From the sequence record OK040907: a stretch of 64,000 bases of DNA. The stretch is one strand, 5' to 3'. The notes beneath the pieces are model-generated. The model did not search any database. It was not told where the DNA came from and was given only the letters and a program-made list of their open reading frames with translations. The stretch is from Enterobacteria phage Ac3. Positions 35,171 to 49,504 of this stretch are shown here, in pieces (position 1 is the stretch's first letter; the number at the start of each line of letters is the position of its first letter). Both the position numbers and the translations under genes were made by a program.

Positions 35171-35506
35171 TCACTTATAAAGACACGGAATAGCTTTATA
35201 GTGACAAGTAACGAATTTTTGTTTAATTTCTTTTGGCTGCTTAAGACCCAGAGCTACAAAAGGATGCGGAACATTTCGAATTTGACCAACTGGAAGAGAA
35301 GTCAAATCACCAACTTCGCAAAAACCTTCAGGAACATCAGGACCAACAGAGTGAACTACACACAGTTCAGGAACTTCACCTTGAACACGTTTACCGATAA
35401 TAAGTCCTGATTCTGTAACTTCTTCATCACCGGCTTGTGCGGGTTCAGAAACTAAAATAACATATTCACCGACAGCACGAATTGGTAGCTGTTGTACTTC
35501 AGACAT
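35171..35506 (-). CDS. 31: Co-chaperonin (GroES analogue) for capsid folding
   Basis: 111 aa; matches T4 gp31. Confidence 0.9.
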
Positions 35507-35562
35507 CGTTTTTCCTTTTTGTTAACAGATGAATTAATAATAACAAATAATTCTTAAAGCAT

Positions 35563-35871
35563 TTATTTACCAATAAATTGGAGTAAATGCTCAACTTTCA
35601 TACCATTAACAGAAATCAATTTGTCAATAGAAAAACCTCGCCATGCACCAAGTTCAACATCAAATATTGGAATCATGTCAGTAGATTCTTTCCGAGTCGA
35701 TTCAGTCAATTTACCAGTTTGCATGGTTGGCATAAAGTCTGCGTCACGAGTACCTTTCATAGTACGAATAGTACCATCAGACTTTTCAAAAACTACGTTT
35801 GAAACACCCATGGACAGTTTAGTTTTCAAAATTTCACGAATTGCTACTTTTTGTTCAGTCGTCAGTTTCAT
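35563..35871 (-). CDS. Hypothetical protein (31.1 position)
   Basis: 102 aa ORF. Confidence 0.6.
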   Translation of the reverse strand: MKLTTEQKVAIREILKTKLSMGVSNVVFEKSDGTIRTMKGTRDADFMPTMQTGKLTESTRKESTDMIPIFDVELGAWRGFSIDKLISVNGMKVEHLLQFIGK

Positions 35872-36108
35872 TTATTTACCTATCACAGTTTTAATATGAG
35901 TTGTTCCACGTTCTTTAAGAGTGGAAAGCAATTTTTGGCATTTTTCTAAATCAGATTTCCAACTATATGGTCTATCTATACTAGTCCAATCAGTTTTATA
36001 ATACTGCTTCCATTTAGAGAAAAAATATTTCTTATACTCTACAGCAAATGAGATGTTCTCGTTAGAATAAGAACTAATTGCTGTGAGCTTTACCAAACGA
36101 AATTTCAT
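35872..36108 (-). CDS. Hypothetical protein (31.2 position)
   Basis: 78 aa ORF. Confidence 0.5.
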   Translation of the reverse strand: MKFRLVKLTAISSYSNENISFAVEYKKYFFSKWKQYYKTDWTSIDRPYSWKSDLEKCQKLLSTLKERGTTHIKTVIGK

Positions 36109-36689
36109 TATTCACCACAGAATTCGTTGATATTTTCCCAGTTTAACTTATTCAAGTTTTTCTTAGGAACATTAAACACTTCAATACCTGCATTTCGCAG
36201 AATATCATCCCAGCCAGGTTTATTTTTATCGTATGTTTCGCAATAAACCAGTTTTTTAATACCAGATTGAGCTATCGCTTTTGCACAATCCGGACATGGA
36301 GAAAGTGTTACATACATAGTAGCACCTTCAATAGAAGAACCATTTCGTGCAGCAAACAAAATTGCATTTAGTTCAGCATGAATTTCATTTTTAGACGACC
36401 ATTCAGAGTGAGCGCTCCGGTGTTCTTTTGCCAAGACAAAACGATCAGTTGAACCAAATGATACACATTCGGGCTTATGACCTTGGATGATAGTATGTTT
36501 AGGTTTATTTAGCAACCAACCTTGCTCAGCAGCATAATCACAACAGTTCACACCCCCTGCGGGGGAACCATTATACCCAGTAGAAATAATACGTCCATTC
36601 TTTTCAATTACTGCTCCTACCTTCCAGGAGCAACATTTTGATTCCTGCGATACTAAATATGCAATTTGAAGTACTGTACTCGCTTTCAT
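36108..36689 (-). CDS. cd: dCMP deaminase
   Basis: 193 aa; zinc motifs HAELNA and SPCPDC. Confidence 0.9.
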   Translation of the reverse strand: MKASTVLQIAYLVSQESKCCSWKVGAVIEKNGRIISTGYNGSPAGGVNCCDYAAEQGWLLNKPKHTIIQGHKPECVSFGSTDRFVLAKEHRSAHSEWSSKNEIHAELNAILFAARNGSSIEGATMYVTLSPCPDCAKAIAQSGIKKLVYCETYDKNKPGWDDILRNAGIEVFNVPKKNLNKLNWENINEFCGE

Positions 36690-37024
36690 TTCATAATCAC
36701 CAGATAAGCAGATTTAGCAGTTTCAACACGATAAATTTCGTGACGAAGTTTAGTTATACTTTTAATAACAGAACTAATTATATTCTGCCCATCTTTAAAG
36801 CGGTTTTTCTTGTCAATAAAAATTGCGCCAATCATCTTTTTGTGAAGCTCAACTGGATACTTCGTCACAATAATAGCATCATATACAGAAGGATGAATAC
36901 TATTTACTAGAGTGTCATTCATTAAAGTTATTCTAATGAACTGTGCTGTTTCAGAGTCAAGCGCTCTATGATCGCCAGTATCATTTTCAAGACAATTATC
37001 AATTATATCAGTTAAATTCATCAT
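36686..37024 (-). CDS. Hypothetical protein (cd.1 position)
   Basis: 112 aa ORF. Confidence 0.5.
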   Translation of the reverse strand: MMNLTDIIDNCLENDTGDHRALDSETAQFIRITLMNDTLVNSIHPSVYDAIIVTKYPVELHKKMIGAIFIDKKNRFKDGQNIISSVIKSITKLRHEIYRVETAKSAYLVIMK

Positions 37025-37356
37025 AGTACGCCATACACCCTTTGTGCTTCAACTAATCCATCAAAATCTAATTTAAGATGCGATATTTGATCGCCATCAC
37101 CTGGATTCACAATTACTAATACTGAGCGAGGAGTTTCGGTAATAACACGAACCGATGTTTCAGGAAATCGTTCAGAAACCTTATTTACCAATTCCTGTGC
37201 AAATAGCTTAACTTTTTCTTGGAATTCTTTAACAGTAATCGGTTTTTCACTTAGCAGCATTTTGTTTTCCTCATTTGTTTGGTAGAGCCATAATATCACA
37301 ACTCTACCGTAAAGTAAACTATTAAATTGCTTTGAATTCTGCTGTCTGCGATTCAA
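37021..37356 (-). CDS. Hypothetical protein (cd.2 position)
   Basis: 111 aa ORF. Confidence 0.5.
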   Translation of the reverse strand: MNRRQQNSKQFNSLLYGRVVILWLYQTNEENKMLLSEKPITVKEFQEKVKLFAQELVNKVSERFPETSVRVITETPRSVLVIVNPGDGDQISHLKLDFDGLVEAQRVYGVL

Positions 37357-37627
37357 AACGAATATCGCCTTTGATAACTAACTCAGCATCAAGACCGAAT
37401 ACTACAATGATATGCGCGGAACCTGGATACAGCGTAATGGCAACAGAATCCACCTGGTCTGGAAGCAAAGTGTTCAATACATGAGTCACTTGAGCATGGA
37501 TTCGAAGTTCGGCTGCGTTATCAAGCTTTTCAAACATATTATTAGCGATAATTTGACTAAACACTACTTCTACAATTTTAGAATAAGTCGGAAACATATT
37601 TACCTCACATAATTTTCTTCGAGCCAA
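37322..37627 (-). CDS. Hypothetical protein (cd.3 position)
   Basis: 101 aa ORF. Confidence 0.5.
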   Translation of the reverse strand: MARRKLCEVNMFPTYSKIVEVVFSQIIANNMFEKLDNAAELRIHAQVTHVLNTLLPDQVDSVAITLYPGSAHIIVVFGLDAELVIKGDIRFESQTAEFKAI

Positions 37628-37792
37628 TCAATAACATCCAACGCATTATCAAAAGTTGAACCATCTACTTTGTCTTCTGTTTCATAATCAAGAACATCTA
37701 GGCCTACTCTTCCATCAACAATAGGCCATAAACAAAACAGGTATTTCTTTTCTTTTTCAATTTTATCGCAAAGACGATAAATCTTTTCTATG

Positions 37793-37800
<8 letters not shown>
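37600..37800 (-). CDS. Hypothetical protein (cd.4 position)
   Basis: 66 aa ORF. Confidence 0.5.
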
Positions 37801-39190
<1,390 letters not shown>

Positions 39191-39194
<4 letters not shown>

Positions 39195-39421
39195 TTATTT
39201 TTCTCAACCAATGATTGAATATAATCATGCAGGTCTTTAGATGCTTTACCCCACTTATTTTGATATTCATTTTTGAGATTAGCGCGTGATTGAGCTAATA
39301 AAACATCATTAGTTGGAGGTAAAGATTCTAATCGTTGAATCTGTCGTCCATAAATCATTGCAGCCATCTCGGATTCATAAATTAATCCTTTTAGATGTTC
39401 AAATTGATACCATGAAATCAT
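39191..39421 (-). CDS. Hypothetical protein (pseT.1 position)
   Basis: 76 aa ORF with AT-rich backbone codon usage. Confidence 0.55.
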
Positions 39422-39717
39422 TTACATTTATCCTCTTTTAGCTCTTGACGATAATAACATATCATAGTTTTCTGGTCATGTACATATCGTTTTACATCAT
39501 TAAGCCAAATACGAAATTCCTGAGAATCTTCAAATGGCATACCTACCCAAGCTTTACCATCAATAACTTTAACTTGCCAAGATAGTTTAGCTTCGTCATA
39601 TGACTTTATTTGCACAGGCCAATTAGGATGAACTGTTTCTTTCTTTACTTCTAGAGGCTTTGTCGAACAACCAACTAGAAGACCAATAGATAATATTACT
39701 GCAGATAATTTAATCAT
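39418..39717 (-). CDS. Outer-membrane spanin lipoprotein (pseT.2-like)
   Basis: 99 aa; signal peptide with lipobox LLVGC. Confidence 0.7.
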   Translation of the reverse strand: MIKLSAVILSIGLLVGCSTKPLEVKKETVHPNWPVQIKSYDEAKLSWQVKVIDGKAWVGMPFEDSQEFRIWLNDVKRYVHDQKTMICYYRQELKEDKCK

Positions 39718-40067
39718 TTAGAAAGGTCCTGGATGTCTTCTGCGAACTTGTTGAAGGAGTTGTTGATTTGTTTTTCAACCAATCCTGGCTTACGAGCCAC
39801 CACATCCGCCTTCTTTGCATCTTTGCGCAGTTTTTCATTTTCATGCTCAATAGCAGCAATCGCCTCACGATTTTTATTATTCATCGCATCAATATAATTA
39901 TACTGAATTCGCAAATTATTTAATGCTAAGGCGTTTTCATTGGCCGTTTTTGTAATTTCAGTAACTGATGTTTCTAATCTTTCTACCTTATTTTTTAAAA
40001 TAATAGATGTTCCGCCAAATGCTATTACAAGTAATAGCAATCCAGCTGTAAAATTACTTACATGCAT
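39714..40067 (-). CDS. Inner-membrane spanin (pseT.3-like)
   Basis: 117 aa; N-terminal transmembrane helix followed by coiled-coil region. Confidence 0.7.
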   Translation of the reverse strand: MHVSNFTAGLLLLVIAFGGTSIILKNKVERLETSVTEITKTANENALALNNLRIQYNYIDAMNNKNREAIAAIEHENEKLRKDAKKADVVARKPGLVEKQINNSFNKFAEDIQDLSK

Positions 40068-40564
40068 AAAGTTTTAATAACCTCTATAATATCGTCTTGA
40101 GAAAGACCGTTAATTAAAATATGATGTTCAACCGGAGATTTAGAAATTTTAAAGCACGCCGCAACATCTTCTGCCATATCCGATGCGCTACGATTTGGAT
40201 TACTAATTCCAAGACGATGCTTTCCCGTCAAAGGATTAACGATGATATAGCATTTGCAGCTATTGATGTGAACATTAGGTTGAGTCTGATTAATGAATAC
40301 TTCACAATCGTATTTCGCAAACTGATTTTCTAAAAAGACTTTCATCTCCTCAACCGCATCAGGAAGCATATCACGGGCTTGCTCAAGACGACGATTTCGA
40401 TATTCTTTAATGGTCGTTTTCCGCTTGACTTGCTTAGCTAAATCTTTCTTAAGATCGGTGATATATCCAACTCGACGATTTCCTTTGAATACAGAAATCC
40501 CATCTGTAGTATCACCGTATGCTTCAACGACCATTTCAGTAGTAATAAGCTGCAAATCCATCAT
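40058..40564 (-). CDS. alc: Alc, inhibitor of host transcription
   Basis: 168 aa; matches T4 Alc; early promoter upstream. Confidence 0.85.
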   Translation of the reverse strand: MMDLQLITTEMVVEAYGDTTDGISVFKGNRRVGYITDLKKDLAKQVKRKTTIKEYRNRRLEQARDMLPDAVEEMKVFLENQFAKYDCEVFINQTQPNVHINSCKCYIIVNPLTGKHRLGISNPNRSASDMAEDVAACFKISKSPVEHHILINGLSQDDIIEVIKTLCM

Positions 40565-40592
40565 AAAGTCCTCATGTTATGTCAGTAAGACT

Positions 40593-40622
40593 ACTATAAC
40601 ACAACATGAGGGACTTGTAAAC
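40593..40622 (-). promoter_or_regulatory. Early promoter: GTTTAC, 18-nt spacer, TATAGT (upstream of alc)
   Basis: Minus-strand GTTTAC at 40617-40622 and TATAGT at 40593-40598; part of the 54-bp repeat. Confidence 0.55.
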
Positions 40623-40625
40623 AGC

Positions 40626-42213
<1,588 letters not shown>

Positions 42214-42240
42214 AATAAAATGGGCCTTGCGGCCCACTCC

Positions 42241-43419
42241 TTAAAAGTATTTTTTAAAACTCATCATAACTTTATCATCAACATCATTATCAATCTGTGC
42301 AACAAGATAAGATGACAGTTCTACTTCTTGCGGCGCGGATTGAACATTATCAGAATTAAGGTATTCACGAATCCAAGGATATGGATGTTTAACCGGAGCA
42401 TCGGTAATCGGGCATGGAAGACCACACTGTTTCATACGAGATACAGTTAAGTAATCAATAAAGCTCCACATGCTATTTGTATTTAATCCAGGAACATCGC
42501 CATCTTTAAATAAATGAACTGCCCAATCTTTTTCTTGGCGGTTAACTTCCATGAAAATATCAACTGCTTCTTGTTCACACTCTTTGGCAATTTTAACCCA
42601 TTCATCACCATCAGTGCCAAGTTGAAGTTGACGAATAATATATTGTGTACCTTTAAGATGAAGCTGCTCATCACGTGCAATGAACTTCATAATCTTGGCA
42701 TTACCTTCCATGATTTCCATGTTTTTATGGAAGTTAAAGGTACACGCAAAGGATACATAAAAACGAATAGCTTCTAATGCATTAATAACGTGCAAACAGA
42801 GGTAAAGAGAGCGCATTAGTTCACGTTTCCAATACATTTCATGCTCTATGGCATCTTTAATATCATCTTCGTCTGCGTTAATTTCTTTTTGGTACTCAAT
42901 ATCAGCTTTAGCATTCTGCCAATATCTAGTTTTCTCAATAACATCATCATAATAACGACCAATAGATTCAGCACGTTTCATGATAGCTTTATCTAATACA
43001 ATCTCATCAAATACCTTTGACGGATCAGTATAAAGATTTCGCATAATATGAGTGTATGAACGACTGTGAATAGTTTCACTAAAAGTCCATGTAGCAACCC
43101 ATGTATCAAGGCTTGGGTCTGAAATCAATGACATAAGTACAGCAGACGGTGCACGACCCTGAATGCTATCCAGAAGTGATTGATACTTCAGATTATTAGT
43201 AAAAATATTCTGCTGATATTGAGGAAGCTTATTAAACTGTGCAGCATCCATCATTAAGTTTACTTCTTCAGGACGCCAGAAAAATGACAACTGCTTTTCG
43301 GTTAAATCTTCAAAAACTTTATGACGTTGAATATCATAACGCGCAATACCAAGACCTGAACCAAAAAACATAGGTTCTTTTAAAACATCAACTGGATTTG
43401 TATTAAAAACTGTGCTCAT
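42241..43419 (-). CDS. nrdB: Ribonucleotide reductase small subunit, uninterrupted
   Basis: 392 aa continuous ORF; di-iron/tyrosyl radical protein; no intron. Confidence 0.95.
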   Translation of the reverse strand: MSTVFNTNPVDVLKEPMFFGSGLGIARYDIQRHKVFEDLTEKQLSFFWRPEEVNLMMDAAQFNKLPQYQQNIFTNNLKYQSLLDSIQGRAPSAVLMSLISDPSLDTWVATWTFSETIHSRSYTHIMRNLYTDPSKVFDEIVLDKAIMKRAESIGRYYDDVIEKTRYWQNAKADIEYQKEINADEDDIKDAIEHEMYWKRELMRSLYLCLHVINALEAIRFYVSFACTFNFHKNMEIMEGNAKIMKFIARDEQLHLKGTQYIIRQLQLGTDGDEWVKIAKECEQEAVDIFMEVNRQEKDWAVHLFKDGDVPGLNTNSMWSFIDYLTVSRMKQCGLPCPITDAPVKHPYPWIREYLNSDNVQSAPQEVELSSYLVAQIDNDVDDKVMMSFKKYF

Positions 43420-43470
43420 AAATTTTCCGCTTAGTTAATAGTTGGTGACTCGTCCGTGAGTCAAATTATA

Positions 43471-45735
43471 TCATAATTTACAGGATGAACAATCTTCAGC
43501 TTTTGGAGTTTCTATTTCATAATCATCAGTACCAGAACCATCACGGGTATTATGATAATAGAAATTTTTTCCGCCAAAATACCAAAAATACAAAAGGTCA
43601 TCAATCATTATTGACATTGGAACCTTTCCTTTTGGAAAAATCTGCGGGTCATAATATGTATTCGCTGAAGCTGATTGACATACCCATTTCAGCATAATAG
43701 CTACCTGCGTAAGATAAGGTTTATTACCTTTCTTAGCTAATTTCCATGTATAATCATATAGGTCTATGTTATGTTCAATATTGGGCACGACTTGATTAAA
43801 GGAACCCTCTTTTGATTCTTTAACAGAGACTGGTCCACGTGGAGGCTCGATACCGTTTGTACTGTTAGAAACTTGGGAAGATGACTCACATGGCATAAGT
43901 GCTGATAGTGTGCTATTACGGATGCCAAAGAGCTTAAGGTCTTCCCGCAGCGACGACCAGTCACAAACGTATTTTGGAGCTGCGATTTGGTCAATCTTTT
44001 TATTGTACCAGTCGATAGGTAATTCGCCTCGAGACCAACGAGTGTCTGAATAATATTCGCAAGGTCCTTTTTCTTTGGCGAGCTTAATGGATGCTTTAAT
44101 GAGTCCATACTGTAATCTCTCAAATAGTTCATGTGTTAAATCGTTAGCATCTTCATAAGAAGCAAAGTTACTTGCCAACCAAGCTGCATAGTTAGTAACA
44201 CCTACACCGAGGTTACGACGCTTTTTAGCTTTTTCTGCTTCAGGAACTGGATATCCTTGGTAATCCAAAAGATTATCAAGAGCACGAACCTGGACTTCTG
44301 CCAATTCATTAATTTTATCTTGGTCTTGCCAGTCAAAATTATCCAGTACGAATGCAGAGAGAGTACACAATCCAATTTCAGCATCAGGACTATTCACATC
44401 ATTTGTTGGAATAGCAATTTCACAGCACAAGTTACTCTGACGAATAGGTGCCTTTTCACGAATAAACGGAGTATAGTTATTCGTATTATCAATGAACTGT
44501 ACATAAATCCTTGCTGTTCCTGAGCGTTCAGTCATGAGCAATTCAAATAGTTCACGAGCTTTAATACGCTTTTTACGAATATTAGGGTCTTTTTCTGCTG
44601 CTTCGTATAATTCACGGAAACGGTCTTGGTCTTTAAAATAAGAATAATAAAGCTCTCCGCCCATTTCATGGGGACTGAACAAAGTAATGTAATCGTTCTT
44701 TCCAAAACGTTCCATCATCAAATCATTCAGTTGAACACCATAATCCATATGACGAATGCGGTTTTCTTCTACGCCTTTGTTATTTTTCAAAACAAGAAGA
44801 TTTTCAACTTCCAAATGCCAAATAGGATAATAAGCAGTAGCAGCGCCGCCACGAATTCCACCCTGTGAGCATGATTTAACAGCAGTCTGAAAATGTTTCC
44901 AAAAAGGAATAACACCAGTATGGCGTACTTCACCCATGCCAATCTTAGAACCTTCAGCACGAATCATACCAACGTTAATACCAATTCCAGCGCGTTTAGA
45001 GATATATTCAACAATTGAAGCGGAAGCCTTATTGATAGACTTTAATGAATCACCTGCCTCAATAACAACGCATGAACTAAACTGCCGAGTTGGAGTACGG
45101 CAACCAGCCATAATAGGAGTTGGTAATGAAATCTGTCGAGTAGATACCGCTTCATAAAAACGGATAACATGTTTTAATCTATCAGCAGGTTCATCTTGAT
45201 GCAATGCCATTCCAATAGTCATAAATGCAAACTGTGGAGTTTCATAAATTTGACCAGTGGTTTTATCTTTAACTAGATATTTTTCTTTTAATTGCATCGC
45301 CCCGGAATAAGTAAATTCCATATCCCGCTCGTGCTTAATTTTTGATTCTAAAAATGTAATTTCTTCTGCTGAATATTTTGACAATAATTCAGGGTCATAT
45401 TTACCTTCATTTACACAGTAAGAAATATGGTCAATAAATGAACGTGGTTCATACTGCCCATAAACATGCTTACGAAGAGCAAACATTAAACAGCGTGCAG
45501 CTACATATTGATAATCAGGTTCTTCAACCGAAATAGAATTCGCAGCGGCCTTAATGACAATAGTCTGAATATCATCAGTTGTCATTCCATCACGGAGATA
45601 AGATTTAATATTTTCATATAATTCATAAGGATCTACTGATGTTCCTTCAGCTGCCCAAGATAAAACTTTAATAATTTTTTGTGGGTCAAAGCTCTGAGAA
45701 ACACCACTACTTTTGATAACATTAATTAATTGCAT
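43471..45735 (-). CDS. nrdA: Ribonucleotide reductase large subunit
   Basis: 754 aa as T4 NrdA; C-terminal redox cysteines (CSSCKL). Confidence 0.95.
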   Translation of the reverse strand: MQLINVIKSSGVSQSFDPQKIIKVLSWAAEGTSVDPYELYENIKSYLRDGMTTDDIQTIVIKAAANSISVEEPDYQYVAARCLMFALRKHVYGQYEPRSFIDHISYCVNEGKYDPELLSKYSAEEITFLESKIKHERDMEFTYSGAMQLKEKYLVKDKTTGQIYETPQFAFMTIGMALHQDEPADRLKHVIRFYEAVSTRQISLPTPIMAGCRTPTRQFSSCVVIEAGDSLKSINKASASIVEYISKRAGIGINVGMIRAEGSKIGMGEVRHTGVIPFWKHFQTAVKSCSQGGIRGGAATAYYPIWHLEVENLLVLKNNKGVEENRIRHMDYGVQLNDLMMERFGKNDYITLFSPHEMGGELYYSYFKDQDRFRELYEAAEKDPNIRKKRIKARELFELLMTERSGTARIYVQFIDNTNNYTPFIREKAPIRQSNLCCEIAIPTNDVNSPDAEIGLCTLSAFVLDNFDWQDQDKINELAEVQVRALDNLLDYQGYPVPEAEKAKKRRNLGVGVTNYAAWLASNFASYEDANDLTHELFERLQYGLIKASIKLAKEKGPCEYYSDTRWSRGELPIDWYNKKIDQIAAPKYVCDWSSLREDLKLFGIRNSTLSALMPCESSSQVSNSTNGIEPPRGPVSVKESKEGSFNQVVPNIEHNIDLYDYTWKLAKKGNKPYLTQVAIMLKWVCQSASANTYYDPQIFPKGKVPMSIMIDDLLYFWYFGGKNFYYHNTRDGSGTDDYEIETPKAEDCSSCKL

Positions 45736-46052
45736 AAGTCCTCAACTTGAAAATCGTCTTTAAACAATCGGTTAACTATATGAGCTATTATATCACCATG
45801 ACACGGCTTTGGTTTACATGTGCATCCTAGCCTCATTCCACGTAAAGGCTCTAAATGTGCTTTAGTTATTTCTCCGGATTTAATTCGACGTATAAAATCT
45901 TTTTTGAATAATTCAATGGCAGCCTCCCGGCTGCCAGCATCTTTACCGACGTAATTTCCCCAAAATGTACCACGGTGAATATTAACATCAAAGTCGGATT
46001 TATATTTATTCACTACTCGGCATATACGGCCTGCGCGGTTGTAAGTGTTCAT
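45726..46052 (-). CDS. Hypothetical protein (nrdA.1 position)
   Basis: 108 aa ORF. Confidence 0.55.
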   Translation of the reverse strand: MNTYNRAGRICRVVNKYKSDFDVNIHRGTFWGNYVGKDAGSREAAIELFKKDFIRRIKSGEITKAHLEPLRGMRLGCTCKPKPCHGDIIAHIVNRLFKDDFQVEDLCN

Positions 46053-46281
46053 ATTGTTCTTCCGTTAAAACAGTAATATCGTAGTAACAGTCAGAAGAAG
46101 TTTTAACTGTGGAAATTTTATTATCAAAATACTCACGAGTCATTTTATGAGTATAATATTTTTTGCCATAAATGATAATAGGCTGATTTGGTCCTGGAAC
46201 TTCTAACTCACTTGGATTAGGAAGTGTAAAAAGAACTACACCAGAAGTATCTTTAAATCGTAAAATCATATATCCTCGCAA
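46006..46281 (-). CDS. Hypothetical protein (nrdA.2 position)
   Basis: 91 aa ORF. Confidence 0.5.
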   Translation of the reverse strand: MRGYMILRFKDTSGVVLFTLPNPSELEVPGPNQPIIIYGKKYYTHKMTREYFDNKISTVKTSSDCYYDITVLTEEQYEHLQPRRPYMPSSE

Positions 46282-46289
46282 TAATAAAA

Positions 46290-47150
46290 TTACACCGCCA
46301 TCTTTCCTTTAATAGGAGGATGTGATTCATAGTTGTTAAGAACAAAATTATGAGGCTTTGCAAATTGACTCAACCAAAATACCTGCGATTCTGTGTCCCA
46401 TTCATCAAATTCATCTGGAAATTTTAATTGTAATTCGCATAAATCCATAGGTTCACGACATAAAATTTCTTTACATTGTTCTACGTGATTCATATAGATA
46501 TGAGTATTACCACCAGAAAATATCAAATCTCCCGGAATAAGATTACACATCTTAGCTACAATATGAACTAACGTAGCATATGATGCAATATTAAATGGAA
46601 GACCGAGGAAAACATCTACCGAACGTTGATACCACTGAAGGTCAAGGTATCCATTACGCACATTAAACTGATAGAACATATGACAAGGCGGTAATGCCAT
46701 ATATTTAAGTTCAGCTGGATTCCACGCAGAAACAATTTGACGCCTATCATTTGGCAGTTTTTTAATACGATCAATAACTTCTATAATTTGATCTACACCG
46801 CCAAAATCACGCCACTGTTTTCCATAAATTGGACCAAGTTCACCGCTATGGTATCCTAAATCTTTTGCTTGATTTTCGTAATTTTCATCCCAGACTGTTT
46901 TGCCTTGAATTAATGAATCATGTTGAATTAATCGCAAATCATTGACATTTGTGCTTCCTGATAAAAACCATATTAGCTCAGCAATGCATGCATTCCAGGC
47001 GAGCTTTTTAGTTGTTACTGCAGGAAAACCTTTGGTTAAATCCCAACGCAATTTAGTACCGAACAAAGCAATTGTTCCTGTGCCCGTTCGGTCATCGGTT
47101 TCATAGCCATTTTCAAAAATGTCTTTAATTAAATCTTGGTATTGTTTCAT
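46290..47150 (-). CDS. td: Thymidylate synthase, uninterrupted
   Basis: 286 aa continuous ORF; active-site region ALPPCH; no intron. Confidence 0.95.
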   Translation of the reverse strand: MKQYQDLIKDIFENGYETDDRTGTGTIALFGTKLRWDLTKGFPAVTTKKLAWNACIAELIWFLSGSTNVNDLRLIQHDSLIQGKTVWDENYENQAKDLGYHSGELGPIYGKQWRDFGGVDQIIEVIDRIKKLPNDRRQIVSAWNPAELKYMALPPCHMFYQFNVRNGYLDLQWYQRSVDVFLGLPFNIASYATLVHIVAKMCNLIPGDLIFSGGNTHIYMNHVEQCKEILCREPMDLCELQLKFPDEFDEWDTESQVFWLSQFAKPHNFVLNNYESHPPIKGKMAV

Positions 47151-47195
47151 TTAGTACCTTATATAAATTATAATACATTTTATGAAGCTAAATAA

Positions 47196-47543
47196 TCAAT
47201 ACGGTTTAGCATCAAATTTTCTCCCAATTTCAGGCGTGAAATATAATTCTTTACCGCGTTTGGAAAAGCGACCAATAATATGATAATTATTCTCATCAAA
47301 CGTGATATTACCAATATCCATAGCTTTCAACCAAATATCGATATTTCTATCCAGCTTTATGTCAAAATTCCAATACGGAGAACTATTACCGAAAATACTA
47401 CAAGCGGATTCAGTGAAACAACTGCTATAAATCTTGTCTTTAGGAACTACTAATTGATAGACACCTTTAATAAACTGAGGACCCTGCCACTTTGGCTGTT
47501 TCTCATCTTTTTCTAATAGAATAGGGTAATAATTAAAATTCAT
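47196..47543 (-). CDS. Hypothetical protein between frd and td
   Basis: 115 aa ORF, AT-rich codon usage; preceded by unusually GC-rich ccgccgcgcg. Confidence 0.55.
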   Translation of the reverse strand: MNFNYYPILLEKDEKQPKWQGPQFIKGVYQLVVPKDKIYSSCFTESACSIFGNSSPYWNFDIKLDRNIDIWLKAMDIGNITFDENNYHIIGRFSKRGKELYFTPEIGRKFDAKPY

Positions 47544-47562
47544 ATTTCCGCCGCGCGTTATT

Positions 47563-48521
<959 letters not shown>

Positions 48522-48574
48522 TTTTTAAAGCATTGCATAATAGAATTCATCATTCATAAACTCAAATACAAAAA

Positions 48575-48934
48575 TTATATTATCTCCCATCGAAAAGGGT
48601 CAGGAGCATATCCGATAGAGTTAATCATTTTAACTAAAGTTACCATTCCTTTGTTAACTGCTTGTGCGATTTCATCAAAAACTTCATCGCTATCATCATA
48701 AAGGTCATTAAAAAGTTCTAACACGTTCTTCTGAACTTTTAATTTATGACCAACAATCTCGCCTACAGTAAATTCGTTTCCGCCGATTCCAGTGTAAAAC
48801 GTAATTACACCAGTTAACAGACTTTCGCGAGAATCTAGGTCATGTGATAAATTAATATAAGCCATCCCGGGTGCAGTTTTAAGTTGGCAACGAATTCTTA
48901 CTTGGGTAATTCCGGTTACATGAATGTCGGACAT
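48575..48934 (-). CDS. Hypothetical protein
   Basis: 119 aa from MSDIH with aaggaaa RBS; the longer track ORF runs back through the GC-rich ORF in another frame. Confidence 0.55.
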   Translation of the reverse strand: MSDIHVTGITQVRIRCQLKTAPGMAYINLSHDLDSRESLLTGVITFYTGIGGNEFTVGEIVGHKLKVQKNVLELFNDLYDDSDEVFDEIAQAVNKGMVTLVKMINSIGYAPDPFRWEII

Positions 48935-48944
48935 ATTATTTTCC

Positions 48945-49184
48945 TTAAGCTTTCTTGGCAACTTTCCAGTCAGCTTTGAACTGATCGACGTCGCTGTGAT
49001 GGATCCAGAAGCCGGAGCTGGAACCGTCTTCATAGAGTGGGCAACCGTCACATTCATCTTCCCAACCCATATCACGCAGGAGATGTTCTGCCTTTTCGAT
49101 CAGCTCGGAATCTTTACCAATGATGTTGAAGTACCATTTGCCGCGTACTTCAGAGTCTTTAATGGACTGACGCTGCAGACGCAT
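48945..49184 (-). CDS. Small Cys-containing protein with GC3-rich codon usage
   Basis: 79 aa from MRLQRQ with gaggag RBS and own early promoter; the 109-aa track ORF starts upstream. Confidence 0.55.
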   Translation of the reverse strand: MRLQRQSIKDSEVRGKWYFNIIGKDSELIEKAEHLLRDMGWEDECDGCPLYEDGSSSGFWIHHSDVDQFKADWKVAKKA

Positions 49185-49210
49185 TTTATTCTCCTCAAGT
49201 TGATAGGGTA

Positions 49211-49240
49211 ATAGTATCACACTACTACCCTGTTGTAAAC
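49211..49240 (-). promoter_or_regulatory. Early promoter: GTTTAC, spacer, TACTAT
   Basis: Minus-strand GTTTAC at 49235-49240 and TACTAT at 49211-49216. Confidence 0.5.
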
Positions 49241-49242
49241 AA

Positions 49243-49503
49243 TTATTTTTGAATTTTATCGAGCCACTTACCAAGCTTAATCATTTCTTTAGTAGCCTTT
49301 TCCATACTTCTGAACTTAACCAATAGAGGATAGGTATCGACACCCATAACTAAACTGGTTACAAGACTGTGTTCACCCACAAGCCATAACGAATACGTTT
49401 GAATATCGAGTCCGTAATTTCTGTCTTTATGGACCCGTACACCCATCACTTCAAATTTCTCACTAGCTTTTTCTACCGCATCCAGGAAATCATCTTTAGT
49501 CAT
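49243..49503 (-). CDS. Hypothetical protein
   Basis: 86 aa from MTKDD with aagg RBS; start adjacent to upstream stop. Confidence 0.5.
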   Translation of the reverse strand: MTKDDFLDAVEKASEKFEVMGVRVHKDRNYGLDIQTYSLWLVGEHSLVTSLVMGVDTYPLLVKFRSMEKATKEMIKLGKWLDKIQK

Positions 49504-49504
49504 A

